A stretch of DNA of 64,000 nt from Amoebophrya sp. A120 (taxonomy: Eukaryota > Protista > Dinoflagellata): the NCBI GenBank assembly GCA_905178155.1, contig CAJINV010000020.1, forward strand, positions 372,001 to 436,000, in the 5' to 3' direction. The notes beneath the pieces were generated by a model. It saw nothing but the letters and a program-made list of their open reading frames with translations, ran no database searches and was not told the DNA's origin. Of this stretch, positions 37,401 to 50,307 are shown one piece after another (the first letter of the stretch is position 1; every line of letters starts with the position of its first letter). The position numbers and the translations under genes were made by a program.

Positions 37401-40400
37401 TCATGCTTGTCTGGCATGACTCTCAAATCTGTCATGCACGTTACCCAAGAGCGCCACTTTTCTGTCATGCAGAAACGCAGTCTGTCATGCCGAATGGGCA
37501 ACACCTAGAGGCTCAGAATCTTGTCATGCTGAGCCAGCACTTGTGGCCTCCTCATGATACGCCACCCAGCATCACAAGTTTCCAGACCCAGACACTTTTG
37601 CATTTGATAGCAGCTTCTCGAGGAGTTCTATGAGTTTCTGTCGCAAAATATCACACAGAAAAAGGCAGGCAGGTTTGTCATGCAAAAATCAATACGCAAA
37701 AAAAGTTGTGTTGCGCATCCTAAACAGCATGCTATGGGGCCGCCCATGACAGATCTTTCTGGGTATTTATTTTTGCATTGCAAATATGCTTTTTTCTCTG
37801 GGATACAAAAGAACCAGAACAACCCGAAGCAGCAGGCTGTCCGGGTGAAAACCCCGTCGTACCGCATCGACACGCCGCCGCAAGACTGGTACTATGGATA
37901 CGATGAAAGGCACGACCTGTCGCCCACCTCCAGGGGGGAAAATGAAAATCATCTGCACGGATATTACGACGAGGCGCACGAAGCCAGCGGCGAACAAATG
38001 GACAAGCTTTTCTGCAGTAGTGTCGGTGCGGCGAACAAGGGGACAAGTTCTTCTCAAAAACCAGCGAGCAGTCAAATACAAACCCAAGTCCCTTTGTCCC
38101 CTCGCGGCCGGAGCCGGGGGGCCTACGGGCAAGCGCAGGTCAACAAAAACCACCGCGCGGCTGCATCTGGACAACTACATCAGAAGTTCTTCTTCCAGGG
38201 GGACAAAGACGATTATGAATACCCTGTTCGTCGTCGTTCAGCTTCAGGCGAGGACAAGAAAGTCGAAGCTTCTCCAGACACGGAGGAAGACAGCGAGCGC
38301 CTCGGATACAGCTTCGTGCCGGGCGGCGCGCGCCGACCCCTGTCGAAAAGACCCCTGGAGCCGTCGCCGGAGGTGCTGCAGGGGTCGCCGGAGGTCAAGG
38401 TCATGATGGCCGCCGCAACTACGAGGAATGGAAATCCAACTCCACCACAAACAAAAAATATTATGAAATCGTTGCATGCGGTCACTGAGGAGAGCGGGCA
38501 CCAGCAGCAGAACGAGAGTTGTGATCAGCCTTCATTTATCCCCGGCCATCTTGCAGGAGGTTCAGGACCACCCGCCAGCCACTGCGCCAACGCCGGCGCC
38601 GGAGAGATTTTGGAGGCGGAATTTCAGATGAGCGGGCAGCAGCTGCAAGTAGGGGGCGGAAGGAACAACATCAAAGTGAGCGGCGAACAATTACTGTATC
38701 AGAAATATAGCCCGGAAGATGCCGTAGAGGATGTTGTAGCGCAAGCGGAGCAGCTACTGGACAGCAGCCAGATCGAGCTGAATCACAAACCAGTAGAACA
38801 TCAACCGGAAAGAACAGAAGAAATAAACGCAGGATCAACATCTTCAGCGAACCCCTTGTTGGATGATAGCGACGTGATCTTCCCCACGATAAGCGGCGTT
38901 CCGTTCGTTGCGGAGCACCAGCCGTCCTCGTACGAAGTGCGAGACACGCTGCCGCCGTTCGCCTTCGGCTACCACGAAAGAGTAGAGTCGACGGAACGGA
39001 CGGGCACGGGTGCGGGTTCATCTTCTGCTGATCATAACGGCGTCGGTGCGGGAACAGCTGATGAGGGAAATTATGTGAACAATGACTACCAAGCGCAGAA
39101 GGGAAGATCATCAACACCTCACTCCGGTCCCAGCTCCTCGTCAAGTAGGAAGAATGGCGAAAACATAAACGGCACGACTTACCAGGGACGGGCTGAAGGA
39201 GGACAAATTAAAGACTCCTCGCCGACGCAACTTCCAGCGCAACAGCAGTCGCCACAAGGGCTGCTGCTGGGACAACGGAACCGGAACTACTTGAGCGGGC
39301 TGAGCTTGCAGAAGGGAAACATGAACTCGGACACGAATATTCTGTCGATCCTGCCCTCGAAACAGTCCGCAAAGTCGAGTGGCACAAGGACTCCCGCCGG
39401 AAGTCCGCAGGTCGTGTGGTTTGTAGTTTGTAGAGATGAAGAATGTAATACGGGTTTCGGATTTAGGATCATTAGGGATCTTTCGTTCATGGCAGCAAAA
39501 CAAAGTTGTTGATGTGCAGCTTGGCGGCTGTGATCTACTTTCGGGTTAACTATGATTAGACAGTCTTCATCCTCAAATCTCGACTCATTTAAACACAGGC
39601 GCCGAATTCGTGTTTTGTGAATAACAAACCTCCTTCCTCCACGACTGCGACCGTGCAACGGCAGTTCACACACGCGCGCATGGTGGCGCTGAGCAAGGAA
39701 AACGCGGACTCGGTGGAGATAGTACCTCCGCCGGCACCCACGGGGGTATTGCGGGGGCGGCCAAGGTATCAAATGTAAAAATGTCTGGGTCTGGAAGAAT
39801 GCAACTTGTCATGCTAAATCTGAAGCATGCAAAAATCTGTGTTGCATGCTTACCAAAAGCTGTCTACTTTTGACCTAATCGAGAGGCCGTTTCTCATGCA
39901 GGATAGGCATTAGAAAGTTCTCGCAGAATCTGTCATGCTAGCTCCGGCATTCCAGACCTCATGGGTCACGGAAAAGCAGCATGACAAATCGCGCATTCTT
40001 CCAGATCCAGACATTTTTACACTTGATACAAGGTCCAAGACTGCGTCGAGTTTTGGTGCGGACTCGAAAGGGACAACGGACGGCAGTCCGGAGCGGCAGG
40101 GAAGAGGTATTGGGGGAAGATATATGACTTTTATACCCAAGTACCACAAGTGCAAAGGGGAAGATCCTCGGAACAAATGTCGGGTTTTTTTGCTCTTGCT
40201 CGATCTGATTTAATATTTGTTTCATCTGCGAGATCAAGAAAGAAAAAAAATCACGCACAGATCCGGGGGAGGCAAGCGGTCTGGCGCTGCAGTACTCGAC
40301 GGAGTTAAACTTCCGAAATCTGCTTCGGGGCGGGGTAGAGCAAAATCCGGACAACAGCGGCTTTCTCTCCGCCCGCTCACGCCCAAGGCCTTCGAGACAA

Positions 40401-40438
40401 CTGTCTCCACCGATGTTTTCAAGCCCAAGGCCGGATAG
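34492..40438 (+). CDS. Very large low-complexity hypothetical protein; several GT-AG introns and 3 introners
   Basis: ORFs 34456, 34701, 37096, 37680, 39935 and 40217 join in frame, e.g. AHDPQ-LLEEFYEFLSQ-KNQNN and RGRPR-SKTAS. Confidence 0.6.
37358..37609. mobile_element. Introner family A (A3), 252 bp
   Basis: Sister of 942-1193; TSD GCAGC. Confidence 0.95.
37649..37805. mobile_element. Introner family D, 157 bp
   Basis: tatcacacagaaaaag / cttttttctctgggata; TSD CAAAA; inverted homolog of 59898-60070. Confidence 0.9.
39767..40028. mobile_element. Introner family A (A2), 262 bp
   Basis: Family A TIR; TSD CAAGG (allows a perfect GT-AG intron). Confidence 0.95.
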
Positions 40439-41625
40439 GGAAACCAGGAGGCGGCAAAGTACCAACTTTTTTGGCATGTTGAATTGGTTTTGATTGCTGT
40501 ATCGATAGTAGTGTTAATATTCGTTTTTTTGGTCATCTGGTAGTAGCTAACTTTTTCCAAACGAACTACACTTACCAGAGTACAAGCACAAGTTTTCGCG
40601 GTCCCTTGGTTGGCAAGAAGCGCTGCGGACTGCGGACCCGGAATTCCGGAAGCCTTTTCGCACGGACATGAATCCCTCGTCGCGCTGGACGGAGTTCGGC
40701 TCTTCGCAAATGCTGTCGCGATCGGTTCAGGATCGAAGCCAGTGAGGCGGGGGGAACTGGAGTAGAAAATACGTTTGTCGTATTCAAAATTAGTGAAAAA
40801 ATCTCGTCCTGAAGAACTGCTGCTAATCCCATAGTACCCAACGAAGAAAGTATTGCCCATTAACATATTCATCGCCTACGGCACTTCTGACAGACTGAGC
40901 TGTCGGTTCGATTGTGAAGTTTTAAGTCAACGATACAGGATCGCTCGCTCGCCTTCTTCTTTCGGACTTGTGATGGTAATACACTCTCAGAAAGAAACCA
41001 AGATAAGTGCTTCTGCGTACTGGTGCTTTCAATACCGCAACGGAAATGGGAGCCTTTCAAAGATGAATGCACCGCCGCGTGGTCCACCTGCAGCCGTTCA
41101 ATACGATAGGACATGTTTTTGCAGCAAATTTGTGACTCGTGGAAAAGTGAATTTATCACTACACTGAGCGCGACCTCCACGGTCGCATTCGCAACCGCGT
41201 CCTAATCTGAAACAAATCGGGAAGCTTCGTCGTCAGGAAGAAAGTTGTTGTCCCTGAGTCGTCTTGGTCGTAGTCGTTGTCGTCATTCAGTCGTCGGCAT
41301 TGTGTGTTGTACAGTCGTGGACGCGGCTAGAGAAGATCCCCTTCGCTTCATCTTTCTTCCGGTCGAGTCGTTACCTCCTCACTCAATGTCGCGACTACGT
41401 AGTTTGTGACCCTGTCTTCATCGAATTTACTAAAGGCAATATCGATTGTGCACTGAACAATCTCATTTGCCGCATGTGCTTGTGTGAACGTCATACCCAA
41501 TGGAAGTGCCAAAATATTGGAATTGCAGGACTTAGCAAGGTTGTAATCATTTGTCTAAATCCGAGTACATATTAGAGTTTTAGTATTCGTCTTTCCGGCC
41601 GTGACGACCCTGCTCCGCACAAGAA

Positions 41626-43642
41626 ATGGGCGTCGTTTCACAAAACAACGCAGAAGTGGTGCTGAGTTTCCGCACACCCATTGACACGACAATAAGCTCT
41701 TCGGACGAGTTTACGGTATGATTTGTTCGACTGGAAGAGCACAACGCAGCTATTCCAAAGAATTTGATTTGGCATGCAAAAAGCCATGCATCTATAATTT
41801 CTCGCGTCGTCGTACCTGCGAACGAACACAATCAACAACAAACAGGTCAGCTGCGTGAATGATTTCGCGAGCTGTAACAACAAGTGCAACATCAAATACG
41901 GCCACGACCCCGCGAAGCTGGAGGCGTGCAAAATCTCCACCGCGAAGCACTTTCTGAAGGGTGGCGGAGCGGGGTTTGCCTGCTTTTGGAAGGGGGCAAC
42001 GGTAAAAACAAGTGTACACGTTCATGTATGTGAGTTGTAGAATGGGACTGATAGTCATCTTTCGATAGGTCAAATAAAGAACCACCAACGCGTGTTATTC
42101 AATTTCTGAAGACAACCACGAACACGATCAACATCTGCAAGGAGCAATGCATCAAATCACATTCCTTAATAGGTCGAAGTCGCTGACTGCGAGTTTGGTT
42201 CCAATGCGCGGGTGGTGGAATTGCAGCACCTCAGACCTCACCAGTTTGTGCGTACCGGCGAGAAGCACTTCGAGCCGGTGCTGGGTTTCCTGCATCGAGA
42301 TCTGGAGCGGGAGTGTACTTTTGTATGCGTCCGCGTGGAAAGTGCAAGTGGGCGATCTGAAACTGGATGCGACACAGGGCTTTACCTCACACCGGGGCAT
42401 TTGGTATTTTTTATTCGCATTTTCGCAAATTTCGCGTACGTAGTTCTTGGTTAGATCCTTGTTCTCTTGTCGAAGAAGTTACAGCGGATGTACAGATTTG
42501 CTAGCTGAGATCATGAAGAATGTACGATCTTCATCTTTTAAACTTACGGACAAGAACCATCAAGCGAAACTGTTCCTCTTCACCAGGTTTTCGCCCGAGA
42601 ATCCGAAAAAGAGGCTTTATTCGCAAAGCCGGCGATACACTTGAGACCAAACACCGACTGCGTGCAGTACTACTGCCAGGAGATGGAGAAAACTAACACG
42701 ACCAGCGGGAAAAGGAAATACTCCTGCGATGCCCGAGTGAAAGCGGTGCACCCAGTCTTCTTAGATGGCAAGAACAGCCACGAAGACGACCAACGGGCCG
42801 AGGCCACGGAGGTCAGCAGCAGTAGCTGCCACAGTAGAGGCCCGCCGAAAACAAGGATTGGATTCAACCAAACCAAAATCGTCCACAATTCCACACGACG
42901 GAGGCAGCTGTTGAGCAGAAGTAGGGCGAATTGTTCCTCGTCCTTTCTGGAGCGGCCGAAAGTTGGGATTGTCGCACCGCTCACTTTTTCCGGTCAGATC
43001 ATCGTGAACAACGTACTGTGCAGCTGCTACGCGGACATTCCACACCACCCCTTCTGCCACATGCTCTCCCAGCCGTTCAGGATGCTTGCGTGGAAATACT
43101 ACGAGCGGAAAAAGCAGAGTAAATGCGGACTATGGGATGAGGAAGATGCTGTTGCTGATTCTGCGAAGAAGCAGGTGCGGGTTTCCTCCTCGACGACGGA
43201 AGTTGTATCCACGCCGGCTTTACTCCAGGAACACGACAGTGAAGAAGATATCTCCACCAGGTGTGCGACCGCCGGGCAATTGCGCAAAGGGGAGAAGCTC
43301 CTCGCCCATTTTCGTTCGTTTCTCGATGCAGGGAGCCTACACCTAGGAACTACGTCGTGCGAGGAGGAAGCAGGGTCTTTGCGTGGTACTACTTCAACAT
43401 GTTCAACATGTAACATGGAAGCGGAATCTGCCGAGACGACGACGAGTTTGGTTTCGACGACTGCAACGTCACTGGCACTTCTTTGTGATCTTTTCGAAGA
43501 AAACAGAAAGCTTTGTTCAAATTACTGCACGGACACGATTGTAGAGCTTTTTTTGTTAAATCACGACACCCACGTAGAAGTACCTCTACCTTTTTCTGCT
43601 AGTTTACTTGAAAGGAAAAAGCAAAAATATCCTGAGAAATAA
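41626..43642 (+). CDS. Hedgehog-type Hog (Hint plus SRR-like) autoprocessing protein; exons approx. 41626-41715, 41846-42001, 42173-42403, 42587-43642
   Basis: GFA-CFWKGAT|VEV...VLGFLHRD, LYLTPGHL|VF (TxxH), GIVAPLTFSGQIIVNNVLCSCYA, HPFCHMLSQPFR. Confidence 0.85.
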
Positions 43643-44101
43643 TTTTTGCATTGATGTTCGACAGTGACCTTCTATTCGGATGAATAATACGTGTGCAATG
43701 TGTAGCGTAATACAAGAAATAATGAGCAAAATTTGTTTTCGCTGTTGAAACAGCAGCAAGCCCAAGCGCATCTTCATCAGGCGTCACCAGTGGCGTTCTA
43801 CTTGTTTGAGAGGTGAACCAGTATCACCTAGGTGCCATCAGCGATGGACGACGAAGTCAATTGCCGGTTGATCAAGAACAGGTTGGTAGAAAAATAGAAG
43901 AGGATTGTAATGCCTTCGAGAGGTGGTTTCCAGGTTCAGTATACCAGCATAGGCACGCCGCCAGTGACAGCGATCCCCTCGTGTGAGCGATTCTGATTCA
44001 GGTGGGCTTGAGAGTGTGTAAAGCATGCGACTGTGAGACGATTGAGGTCTTCAGAGTGACGAGGAGAACCGCGAGACGGCAAACAAAAGCAGTTCGGAAC
44101 C

Positions 44102-47100
44102 ATGGTGGCGAGACCTCCGAGCGGACGGCCGACTTCCGCACCGGGGGCGAGGCGAAGTGGCGGCGGCGCGCGGGCCTCGTCCAGCAGCAATGCTTACCTA
44201 GGCGCCGGGGGAGGTAAAAAGATGATGTCCTGTGTGGTCTAGGCGCCTATCGTGTCTGCGGGTATGATTCATCAGGATTTGCAAATACAACAGAGCTTAG
44301 TTGTATCCCCACCATCAAAGAAAATAAAAGTCGCAAATCTATATCACTACAACATCAGACGGCGGCGCCGGCTCATCTTCGGGTTGGAACGGCACTGGGA
44401 AAAGCAGTTTGGGTTTCAGCCACACAGCCACTTCATCCGCCGCGGTACCCAATCCCAACAAGATCCAGCTAAGGGAGTCCAAAGTCCTTTCCGGGAGGGA
44501 GCGGCTGACGGACGTGGAAACTTTGGAGGATCTGTATTTCAACACGCGGAAAGACCTGCGCAAATTGGAAACCATCTGCGAAGCCCTGCAAACCGAAATC
44601 CACGAGTTGGAGGCGGTGGAGTACCATATGCATTGCAAAAGTATCGTACATTCTCGTGCACGTGCTATTGCAGTCATGCATGAATAAAAAGCTGCCTCCT
44701 GAGGTAAAGATCAGCATTTCAAATCCCACTTTTCCTTCTGACCAAAATTTATTGCAGTGCAATTTTCACTAGAACTAGTAAGTGCGATCATGATACTTTT
44801 GCAATGCATAAGCCAGAAAGACAAGCAGCTTTACGACTTGCTGCTGACCGCAAAAACGATCGGGCACTGGGAGAAGGACATTCACAACGTGCGGAGCGAC
44901 CTGGAACTCCTTTCCGAAGCCAAGAAAAAGACGTCAGAACTGCGGGAGCTAGTGGAGGAAAGAGAATTGGCGATAACCTCGATCTATCAAAAGTACTTAA
45001 AAATGTCTGGGTTTGGAAGAATCCGAACTTGTGATGCTGCATTTGGATTCCAAAAAAATCTGTGTTGCATGAGTAATAAAGGGAATGCAATTTTTGCTAC
45101 GCTGAGAGGGCATTTGTCATGCGGAATAGGCATCAAGAAGCCCTCAAAAAATCTTTATTGCTAGGGTATGCATCACAGACATCATGGCCCATGCAAAACG
45201 TGCATGACAAGTGTCAGAATCTTCCAGACCCAGACACTTTTGATATGCATACGATCACGAAGCAGTTGAAGCAGTCCCGCGCTGCGCAGCTGGAACAGGA
45301 GGTTATCAAATGCAAAAGTGTCTGGATCTGGAAGATTGCCAGATTTGTCATGCATACTTTGTATGACCCACGCTGCCTGTAATGCATGGCCTAGCATCAC
45401 AGATTTTCAGAGGGCTTTCTGGTGCCTATTCCGCAACAGAAATGCCCTCTCAGCGTAGCACAAAGTGGACCCCTTTTGTTGGTCACCCAATACAGATTTT
45501 TTCAGAATCCAAAGACAGCATCACAAGTTGCATTCTTCCAGACCCAGACACATTTGCAACGCATAGAGGTGGCAAAGATGCAAGAACTCGTGAAAACGAC
45601 CAAAGTGCAATACGAGCAGTTCTTATCAAACAAAAAAAGTTCGTCACGATCACTCATGCGCATTTTTGCAATACAAAATTGTTTGTCATGCGTAAAAATG
45701 CATCACAGCCAAACTTCATAAGGGATTTCCCTAGTGTTTCTGCAATACAAGGAAAATTTGTGATGCTAAGAAAATTTGTAATGCAAAGCCTGCAAGTTAG
45801 TGACTGTGACAAACTTTTTTCTCTCCATAGTTCTGCGACGAAACCGTGCTCGCGAAAACGAAGCATATCAACTGCAAAAATGTCTGGGTCTGGAAGATTT
45901 CCAGGTTTGTCATGCATATTTTGAATGACCCATGATGTCCGTGATGCATGCCCTAGCATCACAGATTTTTCAAGAACTTTGCGATGCCTCTATCGCATGA
46001 GAAATGCCGTCTCCGCGTAGCACAAACTGGAGTCCTCTTGCTGGTCGTGCAATACAAATCTTTTTAGAATCCAGAGACAGCATGACAAGTTTAGATTCTT
46101 CCAGACCCAGACATATTTGCAATCTATAAAGCAGCTGCACACGCAGATCCACAAGGTATGGCAGGACACGCATTTACTGCAGACGCAACTGACGGAACTG
46201 TTTCAAAAACAGAACCGGATCCAGGAGTCGACGGATCTGAAGCAAATGCAGATGAACGAAAACGAAACCCAGATCGAGACGTTGCAGGGCAAAATGAAAG
46301 AGATCGAAGAGAAGGAGCAACTGGCAGAGCAAAGGCTGGACGAGCAGCTAAGCAACGTAGAGGAAGCCATCGCGGAAGCAGAGATGAGAACGAAGGAGAA
46401 GTACTGGTTTTTGCTTTGATAGATAAGTTCGATTGATTTCGATTTGAATAGCTCGTAATTGATGGTGTTCGATATGAATAGCTCGTAAGTGATTTTGTCG
46501 TGTGTGTGCTGATGACCATGAAGGTTCGTCAGAGAAGAAAAAAACCGAAACAGCTCCGACCAGCTGCAACAGCGGCGTCACAAGGAGCAGGTGGAGGTAA
46601 AAAAGCTCGAACACCCACCGCTCGGCGACCGAGAAAATTTCTACGTGTCCAGCAAGAGCCTCGGGTCCAGCGCGTTTCGAAATGCGCCGCCCGAACTGAA
46701 AAGCGCGCTGCTGGCCATGAAACATCTGCGCACCACCATGCTGTCGCAGAGTAACCAGAGCGCGATTTGTCCCGAGAGTGTAATAGCGAAAGCGCTGGAA
46801 AAGTGCGTGCCGGCAAAACAGCTCAGTATTCAGATTTGGAATTGTTGCTTTCGTTGTACTAGAAGATGTAGGTGGGATAGGTACGAAGTAAGTACTTACA
46901 TTCAATTTGGGAAGTTGCATGCATGATCCTATCTAAAGAAGTTGCAGAACAAAGGCTAGACGCGTCTAGGTCTAGGATCACAACCGCACATCCCACATCA
47001 CAATCCAGGCCCCGAGCGGTTCATACAGATGCTGCGAAAAACCGCGCCGCATTTGTTTTCCAATGGGGAGCTCAGGATACTGGATTTCGACATAGCCCTG

Positions 47101-48097
47101 CACAATTTTGACCAGGAGGTGATAAAACCGCAGGCGATCCGCGAGGCCTGCCGGGCACTGAGAAAAAAGTGCATTGAAAAGCGCGTATTTTTGGAATCTA
47201 CCTTTTTTTTGCTACCAGATCCCTTGAAAGATTTGCGGGTCAGGGTCTATATACCTACTATTAGATTCAGTGCTACTCTTCAACTCCAGTTCGAAATAGT
47301 TCGCTTTGAATGTTCATTTTCCCATCCTGATTCATTCCCACCAGGTTTCTGAGAAGACGGTGAAGGAGATCCTGCGTAAGTCCGGGAGCACTCATATCCT
47401 GAGTAAAAATGTCCCCGCACCAGAGTCAAGATGGAAAATTTGCTAGGCACATCAGCCACCTTTGGTTGTTTCGCATGACAAGTTTCGATCCTGATAGTGT
47501 AATCCTGTTGAGCTAGTTCTGAAGCATCACAGATCTAGAGCATCATGCTGGTTCCAGCATCACAAATTCCAAAACACGACGAGAAAATAGTTCTCATGGG
47601 GCTCCGCATGAGAAACTGTTTTGGCATGCGGATTGGCATGACAACTGAACTCTGGGGTGGAGACGTATTTACTCAGAATAACTCAGATCGGCAGTTTTTT
47701 CCTTCGCGTGGACCTGGAGCCCATCTACATTGACACGCTGCTCCACACGCTTCGTGCCTACGGCGGGACAAGCACGGAAAACAACATGGGCTCCTGTCGA
47801 CTGGCGCTGTTTTTAGACCCCTGGCAGACGTCAACCGTCGCGGATGACATTCAGCTCTGTGATTTCTTCTTTACCAATCAAAAACGCAGCATCAACAGCG
47901 TTGGACAGAAGGAGTTCGAGGCAAAGGTCGACAAGGTGTCCGAGTACAAGCAGTACGAGCTGGAGCATTTGTTTCTGCTGTTTTCCGACTCCCAGGAGCG
48001 AATTGAGTTGCGCATGCCCATAAAGAACGTGAAAAACAATCCGCTTTTGCTCTCCCAACTGACGCACCAAAAACTCGTGGCTACGGGGGGAAAGTGA
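44102..48097 (+). CDS. Coiled-coil hypothetical protein interrupted by 6 introners and several other introns
   Basis: In-frame joins EY-QKDKQ, ITSI-TKQLK, EQEV-AKMQE, EQF-CDETV, TKQ-LHTQ, STQ-IGSFF. Confidence 0.65.
44627..44810. mobile_element. Introner family F, 184 bp
   Basis: Perfect 19-bp TIR tatgcattgcaaaagtatc; imperfect TSD TACCA/AGCCA. Confidence 0.88.
44985..45251. mobile_element. Introner family A (A1, reverse orientation)
   Basis: Family A TIR; TSD CGATC. Confidence 0.93.
45304..45565. mobile_element. Introner family A (A1)
   Basis: Family A TIR; TSD GAGGT. Confidence 0.93.
45624..45829. mobile_element. Introner family E, 206 bp
   Basis: tatcaaacaaaaaaagttcgtcac / gtgacaaacttttttctctccata; TSD GTTCT. 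Confidence 0.88.
45866..46128. mobile_element. Introner family A (A1)
   Basis: Family A TIR; TSD AAGCA. Confidence 0.93.
47395..47680. mobile_element. Introner family G, 286 bp
   Basis: tatcctgagtaaaaatgtccccgcaccagag / ctctggggtggagacgtatttactcagaata; TSD ACTCA. Confidence 0.93.
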
Positions 48098-48916
48098 CTG
48101 AGCACATACATATGATAAATTTTCTGAGCTGCAGCATGTTGGCGTCGGTCGTGCCCGGTCTGCCTCACAGGGTTGATGTTGCGCGGGGAACTACGCCAGA
48201 CCTTGCGCAAAGAAAGACGTACTGCCCTCTTTGGGAACAACCCGAAGAAAGCAAAGACCTCGGAGGATCATGATGAAGTTCACTAGAATTATCGGGCGCA
48301 TGATTTATTTCAAGCGGATGCAGAACTCGTCGTGTTCTTCGGTCGGGACTCTAGAAGACTGCAGCGCTTGGTGCAGGAATCGATGGTCGTGTTTGTGATT
48401 TGGTGTGTGGATGTTATGGTTGCTTTGCTTTGTATTTTCTTTTTTTTTCCGATTCCGCTGTACGTGTGCCGTTTATCGTTGCATGATTCCAGGCACCAAG
48501 CAGGATCATGATCATGAAATGAGATCAATTTGTTCTTGGTCTGTTGTGGCCTTTGATACCTAAACAAGCAGCGGATCATCGCGCGCCCCACGTCAGGATC
48601 CGAAATCAGGCTCTAATGCTTTTAAGTGCTGGCACTTTGATATCGGATTGCTGACCTCCCCTGACGCCAGAAACAGTGCTGATGGACGAATGAAAACAAA
48701 TATTTTCGGCACTAACATCCAAAAGAAAAAGTACGTATACGAACGTGCTGCAATTTTATTCCTGTCGGCCCCATTGTTTTAGCCAATTTGGTGAAAAAAT
48801 ACGATTTTCTCGCCTGTTTTCCTCGACGACTAAACAAAAGAGAGTTTGGAAAATTTCGTATGTAATTTTGCCGATTTCTTTCATCATTGCCTATACTTTA
48901 AAAAAATTGAGAAAAG

Positions 48917-49562
48917 ATGTTCCCCAGTTTTCTCCTGTACCCTATTTGGCTTCTCGCCTCCCTGCTTTTCCCGGCGGTGCAAAGTTTGCAGGCCCTACAC
49001 ACAGAGGAGCCCGCTACGATGAAGGTACGTGTACAACATAGTAGTCGTGTTTCATCTTTCTGTTGAGATGCTATCTCAACACTCATTGCTACACCAATGC
49101 CAGGTGGCTTGCGCCAAATGCAGGTGCACCAAAAATGCAGAGACTGGTAATATACTTGAACCTACGTCGGTGTAACGCTGCATGACAGAGTTGTAGATTC
49201 TAGCACGACAGGAGCTTGATGAAGACGACCTCTAATAATTGAAAACGAAACCTCCAAAACAGCTTTGGCTTTTCTACTGGGTACTGTACGCCGTCGCCAG
49301 CTGGGTGTGGAATTACACCTTTATCCCACTAATCCTGGAGCTTCCGTTCTACGTGGTCTCAACCCTGCTTTTCGACCTCTTTTTCGAGGCGCAGATCGCC
49401 GTGGTCGTCCTTCTGGTCTACCCGAAATTTGCCTACCTGGACAAATTGCTGACCTTTGTCACCCAAAAGGAAGTGGAAGCCGTGGTAAAGCAGTACGTGC
49501 AACTAGCGCAGCAGAAGGGGGAAGCACTGCTGGCGCAGTATGTGGACAAGAAGAAGAAGTGA
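48917..49562 (+). CDS. TB2/DP1/HVA22 (REEP/Yop1) family ER-shaping protein; GT-AG intron 49025-49262
   Basis: LLFPAVQSLQAL...TMK|LWLFYWVLYA...LPFY. Confidence 0.8.
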
Positions 49563-50307
49563 AGCAGATGATACTCCGGTGAATAGACGGGTAGGGGCAG
49601 CGGTCTCCACTTCTACTCCCACTGCTCCTTGTCTATTGCGGGAATAAAGCGAGCAACGGAAGAACCCGGAGGACGCACGTAGCACTGCTCCAAAAAAATT
49701 CTCCAGTTGCCTCATCTTTTTTGAGAATACATAGTGACCACGATCTACTTCGCGAGAAATAAGAAATCTGAAGCGACCTCTCAATCCTCTCCGAACGTGT
49801 TTGCTCTTACTTGTAGAGAGCGCTTTCAAACTGACCGAAATTGACTTGGTGCTTGTTCAACTACAGTATTGGTATCTGGATCTGTAATGTCTCGATCATG
49901 CCCTGGCCCTGGGTGAACTTTTAGAGATCGTACTTTCACAGATCATGCTTTCCACTTTCTTTTCCTGCATCAGCTTCTTATCACACTTCCAGCCGAGGAG
50001 TAAAAGATGTGCGAAATCCTGATGATCCAGAAGTTTGCGAAATTGGATGCCTATGAATGTGTGAATATGTGTTTCTTTATCCAATAAAGATACACGATTT
50101 CTGGTCGATTTCAAAGTTCATGAGATATTCCACAAATCTTTTGCTTTTCACAGCGACAAGAAGTAAAATGACTTTTGGCAACTACAGCGCAATTTAAAAG
50201 CAAGCGACACCTATGATTGGACGATTCTGATTTTGAAAGCAAAAGGCCTATATTCTCTCTCGTCCTGTCTGTTCAGCATTTCTAAGTAGTAAAAACGCAT
50301 TACCATC

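Noticed and set aside
41980-43030. Hint domain as a mobile intein
   Set aside because: Ends in SCYA plus an SRR-like segment (Hog type), with no His-Asn terminus or homing endonuclease
44985-46128. CRISPR-like repeat-spacer pattern
   Set aside because: Repeats are inverted termini of ~260-bp elements with TSDs, the spacers are exons, and there are no cas genes
46440-46490. Direct repeat gaatagctcgtaa inside an intron
   Set aside because: Short local duplication with no TIR or TSD structure
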